A stretch of 62,585 bases of DNA, the filler included, from Collodictyon triciliatum (lineage: Eukaryota), in the NCBI GenBank assembly GCA_043381765.1. It is 8 parts of 8 records of this genome, joined end to end, with 100 filler letters (N's around TTAATTAATTAA, not from the genome) between each part and the next. Parts side by side here need not be neighbours in the genome. Positions count along the whole stretch, not along the records: positions 24,772 to 32,927 come from JBHJMP010003564.1; positions 33,028 to 41,183 come from JBHJMP010003565.1; 6 more parts are not named here. One strand, written 5' to 3'. The notes under the pieces were generated by a model. The model was not told the origin of the DNA. It saw only the letters and a program-made list of their open reading frames with translations, and did not search any database. Below, one piece after another: positions 24,772-37,668 of this stretch. Numbering within the stretch: the stretch's first letter is position 1; each line of letters begins with the position of its first letter. Made by a program: the position numbers and the translations under genes.

Positions 24772-25288
24772 AAAGTCCACTGCCGGCTACGCATGGTCCC
24801 GATGCCAGGGGACGGTCAAGCGCCACTTCCGATAATTCCAGACAAACAACGATGTATCGCTTTTTGTCTGAGTCACCCAGCAAGAAACGCAAGGAAAGTG
24901 GCCTGTTGTCTCCTCAAAAGACTCATCCAGTGGAATGAAATAGGATGTAAACCTTGTCTGAGATAGGCGGTTGAAAGGACTCGTCGGAATCGATTTTCGA
25001 AGTAACTGTCATGTGTACTTTCATCGACCCGACAACTTCATCCGCTCTTCTGTCAGTCTCGAATACCACCAGAAACCGCGTTGGAGCTGAACCACCTCGG
25101 GCAGAATAGTCTGCGCATGAGAACACTTTCTCTCCTTTCTATCTTGCTTTATCTTTTTCTTTCTTTTCACCCAAAACACAAAAACTCCAACCACACAATC
25201 CGGGGTTTTACTCACTGTCTTGTCCACAGCTCATTTTTGTCCTAGAGTCGAAAGGTGGTTTCCTCGGCTTTGTTTTCTCTCAATAAAA
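24772..25288 (+). mobile_element. Second copy of the ORF1-unit 3' end (ORF1 C-terminus to TGA 24936-24938, then 3' region to AATAAA)
   Basis: Colinear diverged match to 14365-14893. Open frame SPLPATHGPDARGRSSATSDNSRQTTMYRFLSESPSKKRKESGLLSPQKTHPVE*. Similarity stops at TTCTCTCAATAAA; an A-run follows at 25306-25317. Confidence 0.8.
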
Positions 25289-25360
25289 CTGTTGAAATGA
25301 GACCGAAAAAAAAAAAGACTCATCCGAAATTGAAAGGAACGTCTTATTGGAAAATTTATT

Positions 25361-28300
25361 TCAGCTTAAAACACAAGGTTCAGAACTTAACCACCTCTTA
25401 CGGCTTGATTCATCGCATATTTTTTCGCCCTGTCCGTCATTAGTACGTATTCCATCCGACTCTTGTCCATTTGTTGAGGCAATCGCTGCAGTTCCCAACT
25501 CCTCCGTTAAATTCGCATGAACAAAAGTAATCTGCGTATAAATAATTACAATTACAAACATAAAAAGCGATACATATATGATGAATGCTTTGTTCGGATC
25601 GAGATATTTCCGCAAGTAAAAAAAGAAACAAACAAACAAACAAACAAACAAACAAACAAACAAACAAACAAACAAACAAACAAACAAACAAACAAACAAA
25701 CAAACAAACAAACAAACAAACAAACAAAGAGAAAGAAAAAATAACATAACATTAAAAGTTGAAATAGATGTAGAGGAGTTTTATCAACAAAAAAAATTCA
25801 CTAATCTAAATTGGAGTCTTACCATATTTTTAGACAGATCCAAAACTTCCAACGTGGTGATGAAAAATAAACAAGCAGGAAAGGCCGTAAACTATCGTTA
25901 TTTTTAAAAAAAAAAATTAAGAAATTATGATTGAAAAGTGGGCGAGTATCTCAGTTCGGATTTATGGCAACGCTTCACCTTATTATTTGATAATGAAAGA
26001 ACTCGAAGATTATTGAGTGTCGACATAGAGTCCGGTAATATGGACAACTACACGATTATTAATGTTAATTCGGTTCAAGGAGAATGTAATGGATAGATAT
26101 GCAATTGATAGGTGAGAACTAGATCAGAGTAAAGTTATCCTAAAGAACACCTGATTATCTGATAAATCTATGGAGCGGAAAAGTGTCCAACTATGTATTA
26201 TATGTGATAAATTTGTAATGTTCTTTCCAATCTGGATAACATCACATAGTTGAAAATGACTCGATATAGCTGCTGAAGGATTTCCACTTGTGCTTTCCAT
26301 TGGAATCCAAAATGGTAATTCGGTAATAGCTCGAGGAGATTTGACTGGATTTCCCATATATTTGTCTATTTCAAATGTCTCCAATTTTTTCAAGCAAGTG
26401 ATATTTTCCGGCAGAAAGCTAATCTATTATAGATTTTGTATATAAAAAATGGAAAAATGAATGAAAATTCAAACATGTGGCAATCAATGATACACGTTCG
26501 CTTACATTATTTTCACTTAAAATCAACTTCTTAAGATTGGTGAGGTTGAAAAGATATTCTGGCCATTGCATCACTTTTGTTTTCCTTAACGACAGATATT
26601 CGAGACAAGTCATTTTTGTAGCATCCATCGGAATTTGAGTCAAAGGATTACAACTAAGTTCTAATATGCTAAGGATTGGCCAAGATGTAACCACTTCTGG
26701 GAATTGAACCATGAGGTTTTCATGAAGTGAGCACTCTACTAAGCCAGACAAAAGAGACATACACTGGGGAATTGACGACAGGAAATTGCAGCTTAAATCG
26801 AGTTGCCTAATCCAAGTCATCTGGGAAAACCAATCGGGTATCAAAGTGATCTATGAAAGTTTTTTTTCGTGAAGGGCTTCATAACACTTATTCTTTTCGG
26901 TGAATATTTCTCTAGAAGAAAAAAAAGAATGTACAAACCCTATTTCTTGATAGATTTAATTTCAACTTGCTTGGCAGGTAAATGAGTTCGCTAGTAATTT
27001 CACTGTAAAGCCTATTGGAAAAGTCGAGAGTATCTTTCCTTACTGGTGTGAAATTTACCAGTAGGCATATATTTTTTGGAAAAGGATTCTGCCTTAGGTT
27101 GAGCGTCTCTAAGTGGCTCATGTGAGCCATGTTGGGCAATACTGAGATCTATTTAAATATTAACAATCTCTATGATAACAGTATATAAAATAATCGTAAC
27201 AATTAAAAAATTATGGAGGTAGCATTACTTTGATAAAAGAGAATGAGCTATCTTACATGATTTCTTGATACATCTAAATACTTTATGGATGTCATTTTCA
27301 AGAGAATAGATGGAAATTCAACAAACTATAGCATGAAATAAAGTCTTTAATACAGTCTTTTCTTTTCTTTTTTTTTACTTAATGTTCTTCAAACTTCAAG
27401 AGAATTATTTACACACAATATGAAGGCGAAAATAAAAGGTATTATATAATCATTGTATCATTTACATCGTTGTTCATCAAATATAATCGCGTCAACCGCT
27501 GAAGATTTGAAAAGTTGTCTGAAAACCTTGTTATCTGACGGAAAAAAAAAGAAGCGAATTTAGAATAAAAAAAAAACAGTGCGGGTAGGTAATCCAAGTA
27601 TTTATATGTACGCATGAATAATTTGGGTCTGATGAAAGAAAAATCTACACTATTAAATGACAAGTCGATCGACTCATAATCTCCCCAAGAACCCACTTGG
27701 TGTGATATCTCTGAAATTTGTTTGCCGGCAAATACAATGTCGCACAAGTGTAACTTTCTTAAAACATTTGACATCGGCTGAGACCCATAAATTCTATCAT
27801 TATTCCATCATGGAAGTGTGGTCAGTCCAACTGGTGCACGTTTGACAATTGTTTTTACTTCATTGGAGACAATTTGCAAAACTGTCAGCTTTTTGAGACA
27901 GCTGATGCCTTGGGGAAGAAACTCAAATAGCTAGTTTCATATGATTATTAGAGAAATATTTCCCTATAAGGATATGAACGAATGCATTCTTATACAGGCT
28001 ATTTCATGATGAAGATTACCGAAGCATGGTTCTTTGGGTTGTCATGAATATATAGTGCTGATAAAGTTGTTAATCTAGACAGAGAAAGGGGAAGACAAGA
28101 CAACATGTTCCCACTTATGTTAAGGGATTCAATCCATGTCAACTCGCAGAACCACTCGGGCAAAGAGCTTATCTGGGATTTTTAGTTGCAGATAATGATA
28201 ATATGTGGTGTTCGATACTTGCGTTCATTTAAATAAAAGAAAACAAACATACCGGCTTTTATGTGTTTAACACCGATTCGGAAAAATGGAAAAATCATGC

Positions 28301-28680
28301 GAAATTTACAATTTCTGACTGTAAACCTTATTGTTTGAGAAATCTATCTTTCTTATCACGGTTGGAAACATAAGGAGTTCGTGAGGGATGTCGACCATCT
28401 GCATCCCAGAATATATGATTCCATCACCCACAAGGTTCGAACACCCGAGGAGAGAGTTGACAGAAGCATGGAAATTGTTTCGTCTGATATTGAGAGTTTT
28501 TAACTTGTCCATGTGTCGGATACTTGGTAAAGCAGATATCTGAGTTGTTTTGTTTTTAATTTAATTTTTTAATTTGTTTCCAACTTGTTTTTAGATTCTT
28601 TGTTACTTGTTACAAAATAATCGTATACATCAAAACATATTCTCGGAGATAAAATGAAATTATATATGAGGATGTGCTTA

Positions 28681-28779
<99 letters not shown>

Positions 28780-29947
28780 TAAAAAGACGAGAGATAAAAA
28801 ACCTTATTATCGGACAAATCTATGTGCTCTATCCAGGGCATCTTTAACAGAGTAGAAGGGAATTCCATGATCTATTATTAAAGGTTAGTTCAATTCCCGT
28901 GAAATAATTAAAGTATTGCTCCAGTATTCTAGTTTAGCATAAATAAAACATTTACACTATTGCTAGACAAGCAAATCATTTTTAATGCGCTTAACTTGGT
29001 CAAGGAATCATGTAACTGGATTATCTATGAAATAATTTTTGTTTGACATGTGAATGAAAAAAAAGGCATCATTTATTCGATTCAAAGTGGAGTGCGAGTA
29101 GAATGGCATATTGTTCAGTAACGAAGCCATTTTTCTGTATGATAGTGTCTTGCCTGGTTGAATGATAAATCGACAGATCTATATCGGATCCAAGCCTGGG
29201 TTAAATCTGATATATCCGATAGGTTATCCCCGGAAAAGACTGCATCGTATAGTAGCAATTTGCGCAATGTTGTTGATATTGCCATTTTCTCATACTCCTC
29301 ACTGTTAGTCCAGCATGGCAAGTTTGAAATACCCAACGGAGCCCGCTTTATGGAAACGCTTCCATTGTAGCCTATTTGGAGCACTTTTAGTCTCCGAAGA
29401 CGGGTGATGGAGCTTGGAAGTGACTCGATCTGGGTGGATATCGAGCCTGTGTTTAGTCCATGCAATGTGCATCGATACAATATCAGTGTTGTTATCTCTC
29501 CTTTTTCTTTATTGTTTATACATACACATCCATACATATATATATAAGCATGCATCCTTTTCCTTTTTGTTGTTGTTTCTGCTGAACTATTCATCGTTGA
29601 AGCGATAGCCTTACTGGATTGTTGTGGATGAGCAGTGCAGTGAGGGACACTAGCTTTGAAATGGAGTTTGGGAGGAGAGAAACACAGTTTGCCGAGAAGG
29701 ATAAACGAGCGAGGTTTCTGAAAGAAAAGACTGCTTCGGGGACTTGCGTCAAGCTTCGTTCGTCGATGCCCAGGTGCGTGCAAAGCCGGATCGGAACGTC
29801 CTTTGGAGAAAACACAGGATGCAGAGCAAGAATCTCGCCCAGTAAGGACGCGTCGATGACCTCCTCCGTTCGTCTCAGGAAGTTCATCTGCCAACGGAAG
29901 AGACGTGAAGGAGACTTACTCTGATGACAAGCAGGACATTGACTCAC
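25361..29947 (-). CDS. Leucine-rich repeat protein of about three tandem super-modules with C-terminal CaaX (CVLS); one in-frame TGA at 27808-27810
   Basis: Many LxxLxLxxN exons split in phase 0 after the Asn (e.g. LARLSFSANCVSLLPNSISKLVSLTALLIHNNP|IESLP). A non-LRR insert repeats three times (KRAPLGISNLPCW / KRAPVGLTTLP*W / KSPRAITELPFW). The last exon ends RKRWLSSEPCVLS-TGA. Confidence 0.8.
28683..28780. repeat. (AAT)n intronic microsatellite
   Basis: Direct inspection. Confidence 0.95.
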
Positions 29948-30174
29948 TTACACACAAGCCATATGCGACGGGGCGAGAGAAGGTATCAAACATATATTGG
30001 ATACGATGTCAAGAGGCGCAGAGTCGTCGGCTTATCTCCCACTTCGCAGGCTGTTTATGTGCGCCATTCTCTCGCTTCCATTCCCCTTTTACATGATGCG
30101 TTTATTACCTCTCGTTTGGTTTTTCATCGAGCACACACACGCACAAATACACACAATCACCAATCGGGAGCGGT

Positions 30175-32124
30175 TTATTGGGCTGGCTTCTTGCTGTTGA
30201 CGAAGGCGACGAAGCCCTGGAGGCCCTTGTGCGACTCTTCGTAGGCAGGGAGAGTCTGGAGCGCAGCAAGGAAGATATTGAGTTTAGATATGCAGATATT
30301 ATATGTGTATATATGTGTATATATGTGTATATGTGTGTATATGTGTGTATGCGAAGGATGAATGAATGATTTTAGTGTCTTGTTTTTTCGCTTGGATGAG
30401 AAAAAGAAGCGGTGATGACTCCGGGTGGCCATGTACCTCCATCTTCTTCATCCAAGCGGCAATGGTGGGGAAGGCCGAGAAGTCGTAGAGCTTGAGAGCC
30501 TCCAGCTGGTCCAGTTCGCAGTAGAGCGAGATGTCGGCAATGGTGGGCTCGGCGCCAAACTACATCCACAGGCAATGAACAGAGAGCAAGACGAGCGAAT
30601 AATCCATCATGTGACTCACCAAATAAAAGGAAATGATAATAAAGAGAAAAGGCAGTGTTTTTTTTTGGGGGGAGGGGGAACCAGAGACTAGCGAATGGTT
30701 GCATTTGTGTGGCTGGGTCGCAGGCATACCATGAATCCACCCTCGGTCTTAAAGTATTCGTTCTGGGCGGTCGTGAGGAACTTGGTCACGGTGGACGCTC
30801 CCTTCTCCTGTGTGTGTGCGTGTGTGATTATTAGAAGATAGATATGTTTGGAACGATGGATGAAACAGAGAGGCAGCAGCATCGCCAGACTTTTGAATGA
30901 TAGAATGAGTGGGTGGGATTGTGGGAGATTAAGTGTGTGGGTATGTGTTCATGGCCAGACCAAATCCTCCTTTGACGGAGCAGTGCCGGACATGGTTGCC
31001 AGCAGGACAGGGCGGAAGAACTGGGTGGTGGTCAGGCGGGTGTTTCCGTGGTGCCAGTGAAGGTATTGGTCAACCTAGTGAGCGGTTGTTTGCTTTGATT
31101 AATGTGTCTTGTGTCATAGACTTCCCTCTTTTTTTTTTTCCCTTCAATCATTTCAATTTTCATTCATTTTAACTTCTTTGATTTTTGCTCATTTCTTTGT
31201 TTATTATTTTGTCTTGTACACAATTGATTGTTATAGTTATTATTGTTTATATCTCTTCTTTTTTTTAAAAAAAAATAGTGTTTTTGTCAGCAAGATTTTC
31301 ATATGATACAAAATAATGGAACAAGGCAGTATTCAAGAGGAAAATCCAAGGTCGCTGGCTTTGTACACTGAGGGCGGAACAAACCTTTCCGCGAACTTTG
31401 GCGTCGGTTGGGTACCAGCTGGTCAAGTTGAGCTTGTTGCAGAGATAGGTGAGGATGGCATTGCTACAAAGAGAGAGGGTGAGTGGCAGTGTTGTTATTC
31501 TTTTATGTTGTTTTCTTTCCAACACAATTAAAGAAGCGTATTATTCTGTGGAAGGACCTCTCGTAGAGAACATAGCCGTCGTCGTTGATGGTAGGGACGG
31601 TGCCGTTGGGGTTGATGGCCTTGAATTCGGCAGTGCTGAAAAGAGTGGCAGAAGCCATTAGTATGAGCCAGCAAGAAAAAGAGAAAATTGGCTGCGTCAA
31701 GTAAAATCAAGGCAGAATAAAACAAGATAAAAGAGAGCTCTTCAAGTTGCAATTTGGCAATTCAAGCTGCTCAGGAATATGCTTGAGGAAGAGTACAAGT
31801 CTCAGGGGAGGCGCTGAACATACCGGGTCTCGCCCTTCATGAGGTCAAGCACCTTGAACTCAAACTCGACCTTGTTGGCCATGAGGAACCACAAGACAGC
31901 CTACACGGAACCATATGACTTCCTGAAAGGCTCGTAGGCGCAGAGATTGGAAAACATCGTCGGCCGGACAGACGGATATTGCCAGCAGGGAGGACAGTTG
32001 CAAGGAAAGTGGAAGGGAGGTGGAAGGAAAGCTTCTTTGGCGATTGCAAACAAGACAAAGAGGAACAATGGGGACTTACACGGGACGGTTGGCTGACGGG
32101 ATGTGCGTACAGAATCAGAGGCAT
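30175..32124 (-). CDS. Glutathione S-transferase, theta-class-like; multi-exon
   Basis: MPLILYAHPVSQPSR|AVLWFLMANKVEFEFKVLDLMKGE..EFKAINPNGTVPTINDDGYVLYE|SNAILTYLCNK..WYPTD..WHHGNTR..PTIADISLYCELDQL..FPTIAAWMKKM..LPAYEESH. Confidence 0.92.
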
Positions 32125-32734
32125 TGCAAAGTTGCGAGGAAGGGTCGATGGCTATTGGGTGTTGCGGTCGGGCATTGAGTGGGTTGCGCTTGCTTGCTTG
32201 CTTTCGTGGTGGAGTGGGAAGTGTGTGTGTGGCAGGTGTGCTTGTCATTGTCGTTTTGATTGTTCTTGTCTTTGCCTTTGAAGTTGGTGCCAAGCGGCAA
32301 AGCCACATGACGTTTTAGAGGTGAGTGCTTCGCGGGCAACGCGAGCCTTCTGGATTCAGCTTTTCTACTGCGCCTGTCCGGTGGCGGCTTACGACTGACG
32401 CGTTTGGTGACGCAGCCTTGTGCGACTGCTTGTCAAAGTGTCTGTGCCGTTCATTGGGAGAACGCTATGATCACCTGTCGCATTGTGGGTGTGGACATCA
32501 TCGAACATTCGACGATACAATACGCCGCTACTTCGCAATGTGCTTTTATTATTTATATATATATTTTAATGTATATTTTATTGTTTTTAAAGCATTCTTA
32601 GAGATCTTATGAGGATAAATGAAAATTAATATAAATTCCAACTTGAATCAATTAAATCATTTTGGTATGAATAAAATTCGTCTGTCAACGGAATCGAGAA
32701 GCCTAAATTGTCATACCCTTTCATCACCACTTAT

Positions 32735-32925
32735 AAAACACACAAAAAACACATAAAACACATAAAACACATAAAAACACATAAAAACACATAAAAACAC
32801 ATAAAAACACATAAAAACACATAAAAACACATAAAAACACATAAAAACACATAAAAACACATAAAAACACATAAAAACACATATAAAACACACATAAAAT
32901 ACACACAAATACACACAAAAACACT
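32735..32925. repeat. (CACATAAAAA)n at contig end
   Basis: Direct inspection. Confidence 0.95.
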
Positions 32926-32927
32926 CA

Positions 32928-33027
32928 NNNNNNNNNNNNNNNNNNNNNNNNNNNNNNNNNNNNNNNNNNNNTTAATTAATTAANNNNNNNNNNNNNNNNN
33001 NNNNNNNNNNNNNNNNNNNNNNNNNNN
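32928..33027. other. Artificial contig spacer
   Basis: 44 N + TTAATTAATTAA + 44 N. Confidence 0.98.
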
Positions 33028-33079
33028 CCTTATTTGAGTCGAAAGTGTATTTTATAAATATTCATAAATCAAAATATAC

Positions 33080-33150
33080 CTTTGACGTGGATGAATTGAG
33101 GATGCCGATGAAACAATGAAAACGATGGCAACGAAGGCAACCAGAAGCAT
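33080..33150 (-). CDS. Possible signal-peptide first exon of a secreted protein (rest off contig)
   Basis: MLLVAFVAIVFIVSSASSIHPRQ followed by a GT donor; no further support. Confidence 0.3.
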
Positions 33151-36100
33151 CGAATTTCTGGTTATATATTTAAAATTAAGACTAATTAATCCAATGTATT
33201 TATCGCAGATTGAATTATGAAACGCACGTTGCAGGAATTTTGGGAAATGTCCTTCTCGATTCGAAGTTATTATCGCGTCGGGAATCAGTTATTTTTTTAT
33301 CTGGCGAGTGCATTCCTATCCTATTGCAACCAATTTCTCAGTATAAGTTGAATATTATCAGTTCTGCTGATATTTTATTCACCAAACATAGGAATATTCA
33401 GCAAACATGATTTCAAGAATATTCAGTATTAAATAAAGGAATTCTCTAATGGAAACTTAATTTTGTGTCTATTTATCAAATATTATAGATTTTTCATGTG
33501 ATATAATGTTGATACGATGAAAATAATGCATTATTTATAAAAATTAATCAACACAAACATATTGCGTAGGAAAAAATGAATGAATTTTTCAGTGCACAAA
33601 TTTATTTTTAATTCTATTTCATGATTTTTTTCATTAACTGACTTATTTTTATTTTTAACTTTCCTTCTGATATATCAATCTCATATCAGTAAACCACTTG
33701 TCTTTTCGTACACTCATATATCTTAATTCAATATTTATAGTCATCTCATCTTTTAATTTCAAATAAACCAGATAAATAATCTATTATTCAGAATCTTTGG
33801 ATATTCAACAATAAGCATAAACGTATGATTGCAAATACAAAGAATTTTGATAGATAGGAGTATTAAATTTTTGTGCTTCATACGGTTTGATTAATAAATA
33901 AAATAATTAAAAGATAATGTAGCTATTTGCATAAAATCATCGTGCTGGCTAGAACTTTGGTCATTCCTAAAATTATAAATGTCAGTTCCAAATTATAAAA
34001 AAAAGTTCTTGGTTGTTGCATTCGTATAAATTGTTATTAATCATCAAATTGAAAAAATGTTAGGATAATAAGCACCATTTATTTGAATCCTCTTAGTGTT
34101 AACCATATAATCATACAAAGTAATTAATCAAACAATCAGAGATTTAAACAGCCATATCATCAGATAAATTATATTGAATCAAATTATTAAAGAAACCCTG
34201 TTTGCTTGACTATATCGAATAATTATTATATGAGAAAAATGATATCGCCCTTGAACATGGCTTCCGATAAAATTTGTTCTGGATTTAAAAGTCTAAAATT
34301 GAGTCTTTATGAAATCTTCCTTTAGTTAGCTGGATTACTAATTGTTTTAGAACTATGCTTACTCATGAAGTACGCCCATATGTGTATGGAAATGGCGTCC
34401 AAGCGATGAGTCACATCCTAATATTCGGTAAACTTACATTAACAACTGATTGAAACACCAGAATATGTTTTGTGAGAGCTGGGTATCATTTCTAAGAGGT
34501 TCAATGATTAGCAATAAGTTTCACTATAGATTTGCATGTATCTGTTTCGTCGTGATTATTTCATTCTCTGTAAAAAGGCTCTCAATTTGGATTCAAATCA
34601 ACCAACTATCTTAAAAATCCAATCTTATGTCAGTTTCCATATTAATATTATTCACTGAATCAAATCCAAAGCACTAATTAGTTATATCGATAAAAATTTG
34701 ACTATATTTTTTGACTATTAATAGCGATATGTTTTATGTAAATCTTTTATTTCATTGGGCTCTAAACCATGTGATATTTAAGTTTCTTTGGAACCCAAGA
34801 TAAAATCAGTGTTATAAAAAGCTAAAACATATTATGATACAAAAAAACAAAAAAAAGGTATTGATATTATTCAATTTACAAATCACAATCATTTCAAGAG
34901 ATATTTTAGAACTGAAAATTTAGCTATTCAATTAGTTTAAATTTCTATCAATGCATACATATTGAATCCTTGTATTTGAATATTTGATAGAAAAATGAAT
35001 AATATAGAATATCAATAAAATTGTATGTGCATTAATACTTGTACTCGGCCATATTTTGACCAAATAGGAATAAACCGAGCAATATCAAGGATTTTATTAA
35101 AATGATAGAATCATCGATATGAAACAACCATAGAAGCCATACTGCATGTATTGAATAAAATAAATAATAAATCATTATATAAACCAACACAAATATACGA
35201 AAATATTATGTATGCATAAAAAGAATTTTTTAATATATTTGAACGATGGTAATCGTAAAACAAAAAAGGGCGTGAACTGTCTACCATATCCCTGGTTAGT
35301 CGGGGGCAACATAATAATACATATCACAAATACCTTTTCATTACCTCTGATTGGTTTGGAATTGGAAGGGGGAAGGGTGGGTTTGTTGGATTTGATAAAT
35401 CGACATCTAAATCTTTAAGGGAGAAAATTAAACTAATTTAGATGATATAACAACGATTAATTATCAGATAGGTTTATTTATTGAGCAGTAAACTTACAAA
35501 TCATTTCACTTGGAGAAAAGAACAAGGTCTAGTAAGATGAGGGGTATGGGTGTGAAGCTGTGGACAAAAGATTGCAGGTAGGTCAAGGGGAGGGGTGGTG
35601 TATCATTCAGCGGCAAACTGGTTTTTAGCGGGGATATGGTATGTGTTTTTCGATTTGGATATTATAATGGTTCATATGTTGGTTAGTTGGTTTTTTAAAA
35701 TTCACATTTGATGCAAAAGTATATCTATTGATTTAATTAAAATGGAATGTAAAATACGGACACCAAGAGTATGCAGATAACTAAGCTTCTCTAGTGGATA
35801 CGTAATTTAACGATTTTTTTTGTAGATTTAGTATTCACAAGGCGATACGTAATAAGATTATTGAAAAATAAACGACATAGCGATGCAGATGCATTAGACA
35901 GACTATTCATCTTGATTAAAATTTATTAGCAAATATGTAGCTGTATTTATTGTAAATATTACAATATTGATTCCATGTTTTCATACTATAAATAAATCTA
36001 CCAACTGAATAATAAAATAACTAGCATGGCCAGACTCCGATGATAATTCTTAATTTTATAGATTTTGTACCATCATCAGTAATAGTTTTACAACTAAATT

Positions 36101-37142
36101 ATTTTTAATTAAAATTGATTCGACTTTATGCAAGCTGTATTATATTTGGTAAATAGGCAACGTTTTCAAATTAAATAAAGTCTCCTTGCCACAAAGAAGG
36201 ATGCATGACTCTTGATTACAAAAATTTACAACGAATATTATTCTATTTATTTTTGGTCATGAATGACTGGACAAAGACATACCTCCTTCCACACAAAACA
36301 CACCCAACACCCCCACCGTACGTTCTTAGACCTTTACTTCAGACCATCGGGAAAAAATAGGAGCCGCCAATCCACCACCCCTCCCCTTCCTCCAAGTAGT
36401 AGATCGAAACAGTTCCCTTTCCCACGGATTTTGTCTATTGTCCCTTCCAATTGCAACTGTATCTGAGTTTTGTCCATGACTTTAGTTTGAACCTTTACTA
36501 ATTAAAGATGAAAAATTAATGCTTGGTATCATAGATTAAATAAAATAATGTGATTTTTGAGCTAGTCCATGAAGTTGTCAGATTGAACCATTTATCAAAA
36601 CGAGACCTAAATTAGGAATGAAGTTTGATTGACAATCTGCTAAAAATTAGGCTTTACACATGTACTTAAAATGTGCGTATTTGGTTTTTCTACCGTTGAA
36701 TATCAAACATGTGACGAATTTTCTGTGATACAAATTTTAATTTTTTCGCGCTTTTCACTTATGAAGAGAATTAGAAGGTAAAATTAGACAAGAATCATAC
36801 TGTTTTACTATCAGATTCTTGGTCAATCTGGCGCAAAGATTGCACTATTCTTTGTAATGCCCTCAAAGTTTTAATTATGAGTTTCTTTAATTATTATAAA
36901 AAAATTAGATTAATGGAACTTGAAACCTTGAAATAAATTTCCTCTCGATGCTATGAATTGGCTCGGTCAACATATTGTATGACTTGTTTATCACCAAAAA
37001 AATGAGAGCTCCAGAGTTCCTTGTACGATGAAATGGAATGACAGATGGGCCCTTTCTGAAAGTTCATGAAGTGCTATTAAAAATGTTTTTTTGAGTTCAT
37101 CCTGAGAAATAATCAAGATATTTAAATAGTTGAAAATTTTGT

Positions 37143-37325
37143 CCTGGTCTTCCTCATGCAAGCACAAGACCCAGACTACAGACCAAACTGCAGGATGCAA
37201 TTCCTGATTACCGACTACTTCTCCGCCACCCAGCCACCAAGTAGCGTCCATGCAAACGATGGCTAGCGAACCAAAGCCAACATCTCCACCGTTCTGCACA
37301 AAATGGAATGGAAGAATAAAAAAAA
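37143..37325 (+). mobile_element. 5'-truncated LINE 3' end with poly(A) and degenerate ~19-bp TSD
   Basis: Matches 15395-15569. Flanked by aaatagttgaaaattttgt (37124-37142) and aaaaggtcgaaaattttgt (37322-37340). Confidence 0.85.
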
Positions 37326-37623
37326 GGTCGAAAATTTTGTATTAATCATATAGATATTTTTCGTTTCATTGAAACCCCCTTTAATATCGTTGAAATTAAC
37401 TCATGATTGATTTTTTCCAACTTGGCTATTTTTAATTTCATACATTATTCACTATTATCTACGCCTTATGAAAAGTAAAGGTAAAAATTAACTAAGATAG
37501 CAAGGTATCAGAATCTACCGTTTATTTGGAATCATAAAAAAACATTTAGAGAAATTCCCAAAAGTGTGTCATACCTGAATCTGGTTGATTAAAGTATGAT
37601 TTTGAGATTCAAAGAGTCAAGTT

Positions 37624-37668
37624 TCTTTTTTTTTTTTATTCTTCCTTTCAACTTTTGTGCAGGACCGA
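37624..37668 (-). mobile_element. 45-bp LINE 3'-terminal insertion with perfect 17-bp TSD
   Basis: Reverse complement tcggtcctgcacaaaagttgaaaggaagaat(A)n; ATTCAAAGAGTCAAGTT at 37607-37623 and 37669-37685. Confidence 0.9.
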
